The position numbers and the translations under genes were made by a program. The notes beneath the pieces are model-generated. The model did not search any database and had not been told where the DNA came from. It saw only the letters and a list, made by a program, of their open reading frames with translations. A stretch of DNA of 64,000 nt from Octopus sinensis (lineage: Eukaryota): NCBI RefSeq assembly GCF_006345805.1, contig NW_021834405.1:5663-69662 (forward strand), in the 5' to 3' direction. This document shows, one piece after another, positions 25,769 through 38,012 of this stretch. Every line of letters starts with the position of its first letter. Positions within the stretch are counted from its first letter, which is position 1.

Positions 25769-25823
<55 letters not shown>

Positions 25824-26001
25824 GTGTGTGTGTGTTCGTGCCAGATATGGAAGTGTCTTGTACTTGCTTGGACAGAAATATTTGCTCTCATCCTCTTTCT
25901 GTGACTTTCTCTCGTGTTCTTCCTCAATATGTCTATATAATCTGTCTCGCTCTCACTGCGCATGTGTGTGTGTGTGCGTGTGTGTGTGTGTGGTGTGTGT
26001 G

Positions 26002-26041
<40 letters not shown>

Positions 26042-26053
26042 TGAATATGTGTG

Positions 26054-26240
26054 ACATGATAGATCGTTAACCACTACACACATTTTTTTCTCTCCTTGTT
26101 TCTTTCTGTGTCCCTTCCTGTAGAAGAGCGTAGGCTCGAAACGTAAAAGACTTTTTCTATTCCTGAGCGTTATACTAATACATCTGTTTGTGTTATACAC
26201 CACCTGTCTTCGTTTTTGTTTTTTTTCGTAAACTCTCCCT
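26054..26240 (+). repeat. Repeat family D copy (hammerhead-like motif)
   Basis: Matches 2165-2357. Confidence 0.75.
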
Positions 26241-26269
26241 TTGTATATATATATATATATATATATATA

Positions 26270-26445
26270 GGCGCAGGAGTGGCTGTGTGGTAGGTAGCTT
26301 GCTAACCAACCACATGGTTCCGGGTTCAGTCCACTGCGTGGCATCTTGGGCAAGTGTCTTCTGCTATAGCCCCGGACCGACCAATGCCTTGTGAGTGGAT
26401 TTGGTAGACGGAAACTGAAAGAAGCCTGTCGTATATATGTATATG

Positions 26446-26476
<31 letters not shown>

Positions 26477-26687
26477 TTGTGTGTCTGTATTTGTCCCCCT
26501 AGCATTGCCTGACAACCGATGCTGGTGTGTTTACGTCCCCGTCACTTAGCGGTTCGGCAAAAGAGACCGATAGAATAAGTACTGGGCTTACAAAGAATAA
26601 GTCCCGGGGTCGATTTGCTCGACTAAAGGCGGTGTTCCAGCATGGTCGCAGTCAAATGACTGAAACAAGTAAAAGAGTAAAAGAGTA
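26270..26687 (+). mobile_element. Full-length SINE family A (tRNA head, CORE-like segment, internal TA/GT microsatellite, CR1-like tail)
   Basis: A-box TGGCTGTGTGG, B-box GGTTCAGTCC; GTGGCATCTTGGGCAAGTGTCTT resembles the CORE-SINE motif; (AGTAAAAG)n terminus. Confidence 0.9.
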
Positions 26688-26689
26688 TT

Positions 26690-26741
<52 letters not shown>

Positions 26742-27081
26742 GATAGTTTACTGAGAAAATACATCCATTGTATTTCACCATGTGTTAATTATTAAAAACC
26801 ATTTTATTGAAAGGAAACGAAAAACGGTTTCTTAATCATAAGGATCGATAAATAATGAAGACATACCAACGTGAAGCACGCTTCTGATTGACTCGACAGA
26901 CTCCTGCAGTGAGGGTGGAAGATTTTTCAAAATAAAAGTTGAGCTATTTCTTGTATCAAATTAAATTGTCTGATTAATTATGACCGACAACGTAATCGTT
27001 GGGCCACATAATTTGAAAATCAAATCCGCTTTTCTTGAGACCGCCCTATTGTTTGGAGCCTTTCCAATGACATATTCACAT

Positions 27082-27131
<50 letters not shown>

Positions 27132-27132
<1 letters not shown>

Positions 27133-27528
27133 TAGCAGTATCGCCCGGCGTTGCTCGGGTTTGTAAGGGAATAACTATGTAAGCATTTTTAGAGAGTTAT
27201 AGCCAAAAAATAGCAAAAAAATGCATTAAAAATGGAAAGAAAACGATGGTAAATTTCTTAAAAATCGTTGACTCATCGTAGACATTTTTAGAGAGTTACT
27301 TCCCTTATATAATAGCGAAAAAATTCATTAAAATGGAAAAAAATTATGGTAATTTTTTTTTTAAATCGTAGACTCATCGTAGACGCGCGCTAATACCCAG
27401 AAGGGCTCGATATGAATCACGATTATAAGACCCGGTTTTGGTTAAACTGCACCGCAAAATGTGGGAGTAGTTAGGAATCTAAATCGTAGGAGACAGACAG
27501 GACACATCCTTACTTTTATATATAAAGA
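27132..27528 (-). mobile_element. Non-autonomous Helitron
   Basis: Minus strand begins 5'-TCTTTATATATAAAAG and ends CCCGAGCAACGCCGGG (hairpin) + 8 nt + CTAG-3', inserted between A and T with no TSD; internal ~100-bp direct repeat. Confidence 0.88.
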
Positions 27529-27984
27529 TATACATATACGCTCTTATTTATATAATATTGTATGGGACATGTTTGTGTGTGTGTGTGGTGTGTGTGTGTG
27601 TGTGTGTGTGTGTTATGTCAATGCTTTTAAAAAAACGTCTGTCGTTAGTTTACAGACCTATTAGGTCGGAGTTGATCCCGCTTTCCGTGGTCTATAAGTG
27701 ACCTAGAATACAAAATGTCTATTAGACGAGACGCCGATCTGGTTACAGAATGAAAAACTTTCAGCTATTACTGGTGCTAATTTTATATCTGAAGTATGTA
27801 TTTCAATAATATTTTATATCTGAGTATATTTCGATAATAATAGTGTTAAATGAAGTACCTTGATCAAGGCTTCAACACGCCTCTCTGTCCAAGAATCGAA
27901 CCTACCCATGATCTTCTAATGACCAAAGCAACTACTCCACGCACTTTCACACATACACACACACACAACACATAAACATACATG

Positions 27985-28015
<31 letters not shown>

Positions 28016-28396
28016 CTATATGCACACACACACTCTCATACATGCACTTATATATACATACAAATGTGTGTGCAAGCAAATGTACAAAAAATGCGCACAA
28101 ACATTAGGAATATAACATACAGGCATATAGACATACATTTATACATATATAAATGCAACACACATACATACACCATGCATACTTCTCATTTTATGTATCC
28201 CATCGCAACTATACGATATACCCCAAGCAAATCCACGCGGAAAAAATACCCTTAATTCACAACTGCTATCAAAGACGCATGAAACTGTTTGCTTGTTCTT
28301 AATACAAGCATCGCGATCGTTGTTACCATCGTCGTCGTTGTTGTCGTCGTCATAATCACCATCATGATGATGATGATGATGATAATGATGATGATA

Positions 28397-28434
<38 letters not shown>

Positions 28435-28539
28435 CATCATCATCATCATCATCACCATCATTATCATCATTAATAATTGTAAGAAAATTTTTCAATATTG
28501 TCTTCTAGCATATGCCTGAATTTTAATGAGTTGTTTAGA

Positions 28540-29007
28540 TGTATATATGTATGTATGTGTATGTATGTATGTATGTATGGTATGTATGTGTGTATGTATG
28601 TATGCATGCATTCATGCATGCATGTATGTGTGTATGTATGTATGTATGCATGCATGCATGTATGTATGTATGTATGCATGCATGCATGCATGTATGTATG
28701 TATGTATGTATGCATGCATGCATGTATGTATGTATGTATGCATGCATGCATGCATGCATGTATGTATGTATGTATGCATGCATGCATGCATGCATGTATG
28801 TATGTATGTATGCATGCATGCATGCATGTATGTATGTATGTATGCATGCATGCATGCATGTATGTATGTATGTATGCATGCATGCATGCATGTATGTATG
28901 TATGTATGCATGCAGCATGCATGTATGTATGTATGTATGTATGTATGTATGTATGTATGTATGTATGTATGTATGTATGTATGCATGCATGCATGCATGT
29001 ATGTATG

Positions 29008-29039
<32 letters not shown>

Positions 29040-29650
29040 TGTATGTATGCATGTATGTATGTATGTATGTATGTATGTATTATGTATGTGTGTATGTATG
29101 TATGTATGTATGTATGTGTGTATGTATGTATGCATGCATCATGCATGTATGTATGTATGTATGTATGCATGCATGCATGCATGTATGTATGTATGTATGC
29201 ATGCATGCATGCATGCATGTATGTATGTATGTATGCATGCATGCATGCATGCATGTATGTATGTATGTATGCATGCATGCATGCATGTATGTATGTATGT
29301 ATGCATGCATGCATGCATGTATGTATGTATGTATGTATGCATGCATGCATGCATGTATGTATGTATGTATGCATGCATGTATGTATGTATGTATGTATGT
29401 ATGTATGTATGTATGTATGTATGTATGTATGTATGTATGTATGTATGCATGCATGTATGTGTGTATGTATGTATGTATGTATGTATGTATGTGTGTATGT
29501 ATGTATGTATGTATGTGTGTATGTATGTATGCATGCATACATGCATGTATGTATGTATGTATGTATGTATGCATGTATGCATGTGTGTATGTGTGTGCGT
29601 GTGTGCGTGTTTAAGTATATATGTATGCATGTTTATACATATATATATAC

Positions 29651-29689
<39 letters not shown>

Positions 29690-29690
29690 G
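28540..29690. repeat. Compound (TATG)n/(CATG)n array
   Basis: About 1.1 kb of alternating TATG and CATG blocks; causes the stop-free ORFs on both strands. Confidence 0.97.
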
Positions 29691-30129
29691 AAGGAAGGAA
29701 GGAGTTAGTTTCTAACATGGATGCAAGGTTGGAATGTAAATAACAAGAACAATGTCACATTTTGAAATTGCATATTTTTATATTTTTCCTCTCCTCCTTA
29801 TAGATTGCGTTTGTAATGTGCGTGTTAGAATGGTTAATTCCTGTTTTGAAAACTTTAGATTTTCCAGATTGCGCTTTGGCATCAACAACACCAAGTGCAT
29901 CAATTATTATTGGTATAAATGTGAATTTATAATTTTTAATTTGGGTTTAGAAGCTTTCGAAGCAACGACGGATCATATTTTCCTTCGTATCTGTTTCAAA
30001 CGACTTTATCCGACTTGTTATACTTCCACTTGGTTAGAATTTTGGTCGAATTGTTCTACCAGTATTTCTTGTGTTGATGATTATGTATCAATTCAATAAG
30101 AGGAAGGTTCTTTATATTGATCCTGGAAC

Positions 30130-30835
30130 ATATGTATATGTATGTATGTATGTATGTATGTATGATGTATGTATGTATGATGTATGTATGTAGTATGTAT
30201 GTATGTATGTATGTATATATGTATGTACGTATGTATGTATGTATGCATGTATGAATGTATTTATGTATGAATGTATGAATGTATGTATGTATGTATGCAT
30301 GTATGTATGCATGTAAGCATGTATGAATGTATGTATTTATGTATGTATATATGTATGTATGTATTTATGTATGTATGTATGAATGCATGTATGTATGAAT
30401 GTATGAATGTATGAATGTATGTATTTATGTATGAATGTATGTAGCGTATGTATGTATGTCTGTATGTCTGTATGTATGTATGTATGTATGTATGTCTGTA
30501 TGTCTGTATGTATGTCTGTATGTATGTAGATATGTGTGCATGCATGTATGTATGCATGTATGTATGTATGTATTTATGTATGTATGTATGTATTTATGTA
30601 TGTATATATGTATGTATGTATTTATGTATGTATGTATGAATGCATGTATGTATGAATGTATGAATGTATGTATGTATGTATGTATGTATGCATTTATGTA
30701 TGAATGCATGTACGTACGTATGTATGTATGTATGTACCTGTCTCTGTATCTATCTATCTACGTGTACATGTGCGTGTGTGTTAGGCATTTATGCATGCAT
30801 GCATGCATGCATGTATGTATGTATGTGAGAATGCA
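30130..30835. repeat. Degenerate (TATG)n array with internal block duplication
   Basis: Variant units (GAAT, ATTT, CTGT); about 30330-30413 is repeated at about 30585-30670. Confidence 0.9.
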
Positions 30836-31008
30836 TGTGTATAACTATAAAGTAACAGAGGGGGGGAAATGCAAACATCAACATCACCACCAGCAACAAA
30901 AATAACAGAATTATAAAAAAGAATGACAAGATGGAAGGAAATGGTGAGGAAAAATCATATAAACACACAAAAAATGTCATTAAAACGAAAAGAGAACGGT
31001 TGCCTCGC

Positions 31009-31042
<34 letters not shown>

Positions 31043-32149
31043 TTTTTTTTTTTATTGTTTGACTGAAGGGCTGGGTAAGATGAGACCTGATGTCGTTGGT
31101 TAATGCAATGATGATGATGATGATGATGGCGGTTGTGGTAGTGGAGATAGTGGTGATGGTTATGGCGATATAGTGGTTATGGTAGTGGTAACAGTGGTGG
31201 TGGTGGTGGTGGTGGTGGTGGTGGCGGTGGTGGCGGCTGTTGCGAGGGCGATGACTTTCTATATTGCATCTTACTAGTTGTGATGTCTTCAATGAACTGT
31301 GACCGAGCACGTCTGCAATTTTTTGTTGTGTCCTCTTCATTAGCGACCTCTAACACGGCTTTGTCAGGTCAAGTGTGACGGGCCGACGGGATTGGTTAAT
31401 GAGATGAGAAGCAAACTATCCACCACCACCACCACTAATATTACGCACCACCCCCACCACCATCACCACCACACACCACAAGTGAGTCGCTTTGGCCTGC
31501 AAAGCAGTGTTGGGTGGGCTCGCTTCTTTTCCATGTACTTTTTGCTTTATCATTCATTTTTATTTATAAATTTAGATATTTATTTGGTTGATAAAAGGTA
31601 TCCCAGAGATAGCTAACTACCCCTGGGCTATTTCAGGTTTCCCCTTTATTTTATTTTAGATTATTTTGTATTTATCCTTCTTTCTTCATTTTATGTTATT
31701 TATATTTCGCCTCTTTCAAAATCGAGGTCGTAGTTTTAAAGAGGTTTTTTTGGCGTGGGGTGGGCTTCGCCGTTTTTCCTTTTTTTACCCACAGGTCGTA
31801 TTAAAATTGGGGAGAGACTATAAAAACTAATAATAATAAAACGTTGATTTGCTACATGTATAATTTCCAAAGAAATGCGTACTCACACTAAATGAGTACT
31901 CAAATAAAAGATAAACGATGACAAATATGGCGACAACAACAACAACAACAACAACAAAAATGAAAAGAAAAAAACAAGAACCAACAACAAAAGAAACGAT
32001 AAACAATAAATAGGAAACCGACGGCGATGATGAAGGTGAGGATGAGAGTAAGAATAATGATAGGAATCACTGCAACAACATCAAGGCTACTACTACTACT
32101 ACTACTACTACTACTATACTACTACTACTACTATTACTACTACTACTGT

Positions 32150-32438
32150 TACAAATTTGGACACAAGGTCAGCAATTTCGGTGGGGGGGGGGGGGGTGAT
32201 TAAGTCGATCGCATCGACCCCAGCCTCAACTGATACTTATTTTATCGACCCTGAAAGCATGAAAGGCTAAGTAGATTTCTGCGGAATTTGAACTCTGATC
32301 GCAAAGCCGGATGAAAATACCGCTATGCATTTTGTCCGGAGTGCTTAACGAGTCTGCCAGCTCAACGCCTTAACGATGGAAGATATATATATTGACACGT
32401 AACGGTAAGGAAGAGAGAACCAGATTTTCACACACACG

Positions 32439-32483
<45 letters not shown>

Positions 32484-32856
32484 GCACACACAGATTCACG
32501 CACACACAAACACACACACACACTTGTAAATGTATTCTGACATATATTCTAGATTATTTACAAAACTAACGTTTCTTTGTTGGTGGTGATGATGATGATG
32601 ATGATGATACTAACAATATTATTATTATTATTAATAATAATAATCTTTTGTACTATAGGCACAAGCCCTGAAATTTGGGAGCGGGGTTAAGTCGATTATA
32701 GCGACCCCAGTGCATAACTGGTAATTATTTAATCGCCCCCGAAAGGATGAAAGGCAAAGTCGACCTCGGCGGAATTTGAACTCACAACGCAACGGCAGAC
32801 GAAATTCGGCTATGCATTTCGCCCGGTGTGCAAACGATTCTGCCAGCTAGCCGCCT
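32150..32856 (-). mobile_element. Two SINE-B copies with tail B2 (32150-32370, 32645-32856)
   Basis: CCCCGAAAGGATGAAAGGCAAAGTCGACCTCGGCGGAATTTGAACTC core on the plus strand; the tail differs from B1. Confidence 0.82.
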
Positions 32857-32969
32857 AAATGATGAAATATCTGACATATTGATAGAATCAGATTTTATAA
32901 TGCACACACACACACACACACACACTTGTAAATGTATTCTGACTTATATTCTACACTATTTACAAAACG

Positions 32970-34434
32970 TCGTCGTCGACTAAACCGTCTTGGTTTAGTC
33001 CTGATCTCCAAACGGAGAAGAAATGGGACTAGATAACGACTAGGGTGGCCACTCTCACCGGCAATGAGCCGAGAAGAAGCTGTCCCTAAAAGGTCGGGCG
33101 GAGGTGGCGAACACGTACATCGCATGCGTCATCTACTACCGCCTGACCGTCGTGCCTTGCCCCGACCCTACCATCACCGAACTGGAACGCAAACTCTTCC
33201 ACTTCTTGTGGAAAGGATGCGTTCCGATGGTCAGTAACCGCCGCTAAAAGAGGGTTGGTCATGCCGTGGTTGATGATGCGCACACACGCGCTGAGACTGC
33301 GACTTCTTCGGCTCAACGTAGACAACGGTGAACAGGTATAGTTGCCGTTTGTGAGGGGCGCTTTATCGCAGCTCGTCTCCATGACCGAACTGCAGTCGTA
33401 GATCAAAAAGAGACCGAGGAAAGGCGAATGGCACCGCGTGTGTCACGTTGCTCTCGAGAAACTATGCCGTCCAGGGTCGGCCTTGAGCGACTGTATCACA
33501 ACCAAAGCATTCTATAGGGGATTAGTGGAGGGGAATTACGACGACGATTTCGGGGGCGAACCTGGGCGTCGACGAGGAATACCTGACCCGCCTGTTCAAT
33601 ATGACTTACGGGCCGGGACCTTTGGACAACTTCCAGAGATCCCTGGCCTGGCAGTGCTATTGAGAAGCGCTACCCGTTCGGGATAAGCTCTACAGGCATG
33701 GCTCGAGAAACACTGGACCGACTTGCTCGAGATGCAGTCAGAGCGACGAAACCGTTCTGCACGCACTCGTATAGCGTCCAAACATTTCTGACCTGTGGGC
33801 CTATGTCGAACAACTGCTATCGCGTGTGGGACGAATCAATTCGTCAGCCGAGTCTATCGTTAATATTGTCGCGTATCCTTTCTTCAAACGGGAAGGAAGA
33901 GCCATTTTTATCGTACTTGTGGCTATGGCGAAAGAATGTGTATGGTGGACGCGTCTGAAAGGCTTCGCTGGTCAACCTCACATCAACTTCTTCAAGTATC
34001 ACTTGATAAAGAAGGTGAGAGTAGAGGGGGAAGTTTTGTTTAGCAAATGTTTCAATAAAAGATGGGTGAATGTAGCAAGAATGCTACGTGTGAATGAGGG
34101 AGCCACTTTGAGCATAATCCTTTGAACGAGAAAAATAAAGGAAAAAAATAAAGCGAGTCACTTATTGTAATGTGTCTTTGTAGGACATTATTGCCCGAGG
34201 TTACTGTGGTCTTTTCCGTTGGCTTTTCTTTCCACAGATAAACCTAATCTGTTTTTTTTTTGTAACATTTACAATACTGTCTGTGATACACGATCCCTTT
34301 CGATCGGCACTTTTTTTTTTCACGATCCCTTTTGATCGAAATTTTATTTTCTCGTTTTCCTGTCTTCGAAAGAAAAGCTCTACACTGTATTTTGTCCCGT
34401 ATGTTTTCGGCCCTGTGTGATTAATAAAGAAACA

Positions 34435-34437
<3 letters not shown>
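32970..34437 (+). mobile_element. L1/Tx1-clade LINE, 5'-truncated ORF2 C-terminal half (pseudogene) plus 3' UTR
   Basis: KKLSLKGRAEVANTYIACVIYYRLTVVPCP, LFHFLWKG, LDNFQRSLAWQC, LPVRDKL, DETVLHALV; collinear at protein level with 53720-55945; ends AATAAAGAAACAT then (CTAT)n. Confidence 0.88.
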
Positions 34438-34492
<55 letters not shown>

Positions 34493-34542
34493 ATATATAT
34501 ATATCTATATATATATATATATATTATATATTATATATATAG

Positions 34543-34611
<69 letters not shown>

Positions 34612-35154
34612 CTAGCTAGCTAGCTAGCCAGCATACATCACACACCTGGGAAAGTATGTTTCGTTGTTTAGTTTTTGAGGCTGCTTTTTCTTTTTAATTT
34701 CTTTCATATTGTTAAATACTGGTGGATCGCAACTCGTGAAATGTTTTCCGGTGACGGAGTGGAATTTGAGCTAAGAACTCACAGAACTGGAACAGATGCC
34801 GCAAAGCAACCCATTCGACACTCAAACAATTCCGCCGATCCATCAACCTGAACTCATACACTATTTATCGGTCACAAAAAGATGAAAGGCAGCGTTGGCA
34901 TCGGTGAGATTTGAACTGTGTGCACAGAGTCGGAACAAATAACGTAAGTCATTCTAACCGGCATTCTCACGACTCTGCCATTTCACCTAATACACCGACA
35001 TACAAACATACATAATATACATACTACATACATCATACATACATACATACATACATACATACATACATACATACATACGCGTATAACTTTTGTAAATATA
35101 TGCTTGTGTGTACTTATACACACAGACACACACACACGACAGAAGTAAATAGAC

Positions 35155-35575
35155 ACCCTTATAATCGTTAAAATTTATTTAAATCTGAAATTATACATTC
35201 AAATTATTTATCAATTGTTATGATATGAATATTTGATATTTAGTAGTCCTGCCCTTTGCATTTTTCAATGCAAGGACCCTATTAGGCCTTTTAATAATCG
35301 GATGACGAATATTCTCTTGCAGAATTTCTTGCCAAGTTTCCTGCATTAATCACCAAAGATCTGACTTTGAAGATGCTTTCTTGTTCTTTTTATGAAGTGT
35401 TCTCTCCATAATACCCCAGAAGTGTTCAATAGGGTTCATATCTGGTGAGTGGCTTGGCCATGGAAGCTTTTTAACAACATTCTCATCCAACAAATCTTGG
35501 GTTATTTTAGCCGTGTAAGAAGGAGCTCCATCTTCTATAAATAAACAGTCTTCTTTAATCATTTCACGACTGGAA
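35155..35575 (-). mobile_element. Tc1-family transposase C-terminal fragment
   Basis: LFIEDGAPSYTAK...LPWPSHSPDMNPIEHFWG...AKGRTTKY*; DD34E-type third-residue motif. Confidence 0.88.
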
Positions 35576-35629
35576 TATATATATATATATATAATATATA
35601 TATATATATATGGTATTATTATATATATA

Positions 35630-35719
<90 letters not shown>

Positions 35720-36440
35720 ATATGTATGTATGTTTATGTATATATATATATACATATGTGTGTCTATGTTTGTCCCCCACCACCAGTTCATAAACGGTAC
35801 TGGTGTTTACATACCCATACAATAGCAGTTCGGCAAAAGACACCGATAGAATAAGTACCTGACTTAAAATATTTAGTAAGTGCTGGTGTCGATTTATTCG
35901 ACTAAAATTCTGCAATGCTGTGCACCAGCATGGCCGCAGTCTAATGTTTGAAATAAGTAAAATAAATTTATAGACGCACACATACATTCATACATACCTA
36001 CATATATAAACTAATATATATACATATAATTATTTATTGAATCAGATATTATTATTCTCACTTTTATTAGTTTTACAAATTCTTTTCTTCAGGTAATGTT
36101 TCATAATTTCATCTATTTCTGCTGCTTCTTTAAAATTCAAATGAAAATGAAACTTTTTTTTTTTTGCCGTTTGAATTACTTATATCTTTCCCCATAGTCT
36201 GTTATGTTTGAGTTATTGGTTTGTCTATCTGTACATTTTAACGTTCTTGTTTATATATCTTTCTGTTTGAATGTCAATGAATTTTGAATTTATTTTAAGC
36301 GTATATTCGTCTGAACATTAGCATATTCATTTGAACTTTCCATGTACCTGTATATGCGTAGATAAATGTATTACTTTGTTCATATATATAAAACTCCACC
36401 AGAATGGACGAAAGCGCTAATATATATATATATATATGAA

Positions 36441-36687
36441 ATATGATATATGATGTATAAAAACATGTAATATATAAATAAATATCTGTAAATATAAAAC
36501 CATCCGAATTTCTGAGTACCTCATTTCTTCTAATATAAAATACCAGTACATCATCTCCAAACCTAAATATAAAATGATGTACAGGTATTTTATATTAGAA
36601 GAAATGAGGTACTCAGAAATTCGGATGGTTTTATATTTACAGATATTTATTTGTATATTATATGTTTTTATACATCATATATCATAT
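36441..36687. repeat. Long near-perfect palindrome (about 114-bp arms, 19-nt loop) within a TA-rich tract
   Basis: 36441-36554 vs 36574-36687, e.g. AAAACCATCCGAATTTCTGAGTACCTCATTTC / GAAATGAGGTACTCAGAAATTCGGATGGTTTT. Confidence 0.9.
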
Positions 36688-36737
36688 ATATATATACATA
36701 CATACATACAACATACATACATACATACATACATACA

Positions 36738-36769
<32 letters not shown>

Positions 36770-36884
36770 AATACATACATACATATGTATATATATGCTT
36801 GAATATATCTACATGTCTTCGTGGGTTGGAAGTACGTGGTTTCTCTGTCGATTTAGTGATGAAGTGACGTTATTCTATCTCCAA

Positions 36885-37115
36885 GGCGGCGAGCTGGCAG
36901 AAACGTTAGCACGTCAGACCAAATGCGTAGCCGTATTTCGTCTGCCGTTACGTTCTGAGTTCAAATTCCGCCGAGGTCGACTTTGCCTTTCATCCTTTCG
37001 GGGTCGATTAAATAAGTACCAGTTACGCACTGGGGTCGATATCATCGACTTATTCCGTTTGTCTGTCTTTGTTTATCCCCTCTATGTTTAGCTCATTATG
37101 GGCAGTAAAGAAATA
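36885..37115 (+). mobile_element. Full-length SINE-B, tail B1
   Basis: 16-bp TSD GTTATTCTATCTCCAA (36869-36884 / 37116-37131). Confidence 0.92.
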
Positions 37116-37669
37116 GTTATTCTATCTCCAAATAAGGTGAGAAGGAAATGTGTGTTTAAATAAAATTTCCTTTCCCACTATTTCAATATTCTTATCTTTG
37201 GTGCTTTATTAATTGAATAATAAAACGAGGTTATGTTAAGATTATTACTAACCAAGTGCAAAGAATATATTACAAAAAATGAAGAATGAAAATGAAAAGA
37301 AACTGTTTATTCTATTATGATAAGTATGCTGTTAAGATTTTTGTGTAAAATTAATCCGCATATGAATGCAGGAAGTAATTAATTGTGTGTGTCTATTAAA
37401 TATTTTGCTCGGTTGTTTCAAAATCGATATTTATTGCTTATCATAGACTTGAAAAACTATATATTTCACATTAGTTTTGTAGCTAATATTCTTGATAATG
37501 TTCTAAATGTCAAATTATGATGATGAGATCGATCCTTAACAAATATAGGTATGGCTGCGAACTTCTGTTCATAGTCATTTGTTAAGACGAGATATTGTCA
37601 GTGACTGCGTATACAATTGATTCTCCTTGGACTAGGCACAAACAATCGCTTCTTCATGATGTTGCTGTT

Positions 37670-38012
37670 GCTGTTGAGCGAACGGTCTTCGCCCCAGAGC
37701 TCGCAAGGTTGGAGAAGTCCGAAACGTGGTCCTTTGCTATTCATAAGATCCGCAGAAGAGAAAGCAGGTCAACCCCCGACACCGAGAGCATCGACGGATG
37801 GATGAATGCGCATCCAGGCTCAGCGGTTGCATAGGAAGTCGGGGTCAAGAAACAGGAAGAAAGATGGAGCGAAAGAGTACAACAGGGGTCGCCACCACCC
37901 CCTGCCGGAGCCTCATGGAGCTTTAGGTGTTTTCGCTCAATAAACACACACAACGCCCGGTCTGGGAATCGAAACCGCGATCCTCCGACCGCGAGTCCGC
38001 TGCCTTAACCAC
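37670..38012 (-). mobile_element. SINE-C, tail C1
   Basis: 13-bp TSD TGATGTTGCTGTT (37657-37669 / 38013-38025); reverse complement of 6205-6565. Confidence 0.9.

Noticed and set aside
25664-26515. 283-aa minus-strand ORF
   Set aside because: Chance read-through across SINE-A, repeat family D and CA repeats.
28470-29715. Long ORFs (up to 405 aa) on both strands
   Set aside because: They are translations of TATG/CATG repeats (MYVC, HTYI), which lack stop codons by composition.
31240-31530. Unique GC-richer island between trinucleotide repeats as exon or enhancer
   Set aside because: No convincing ORF or paired splice sites; a regulatory role cannot be supported from sequence alone.
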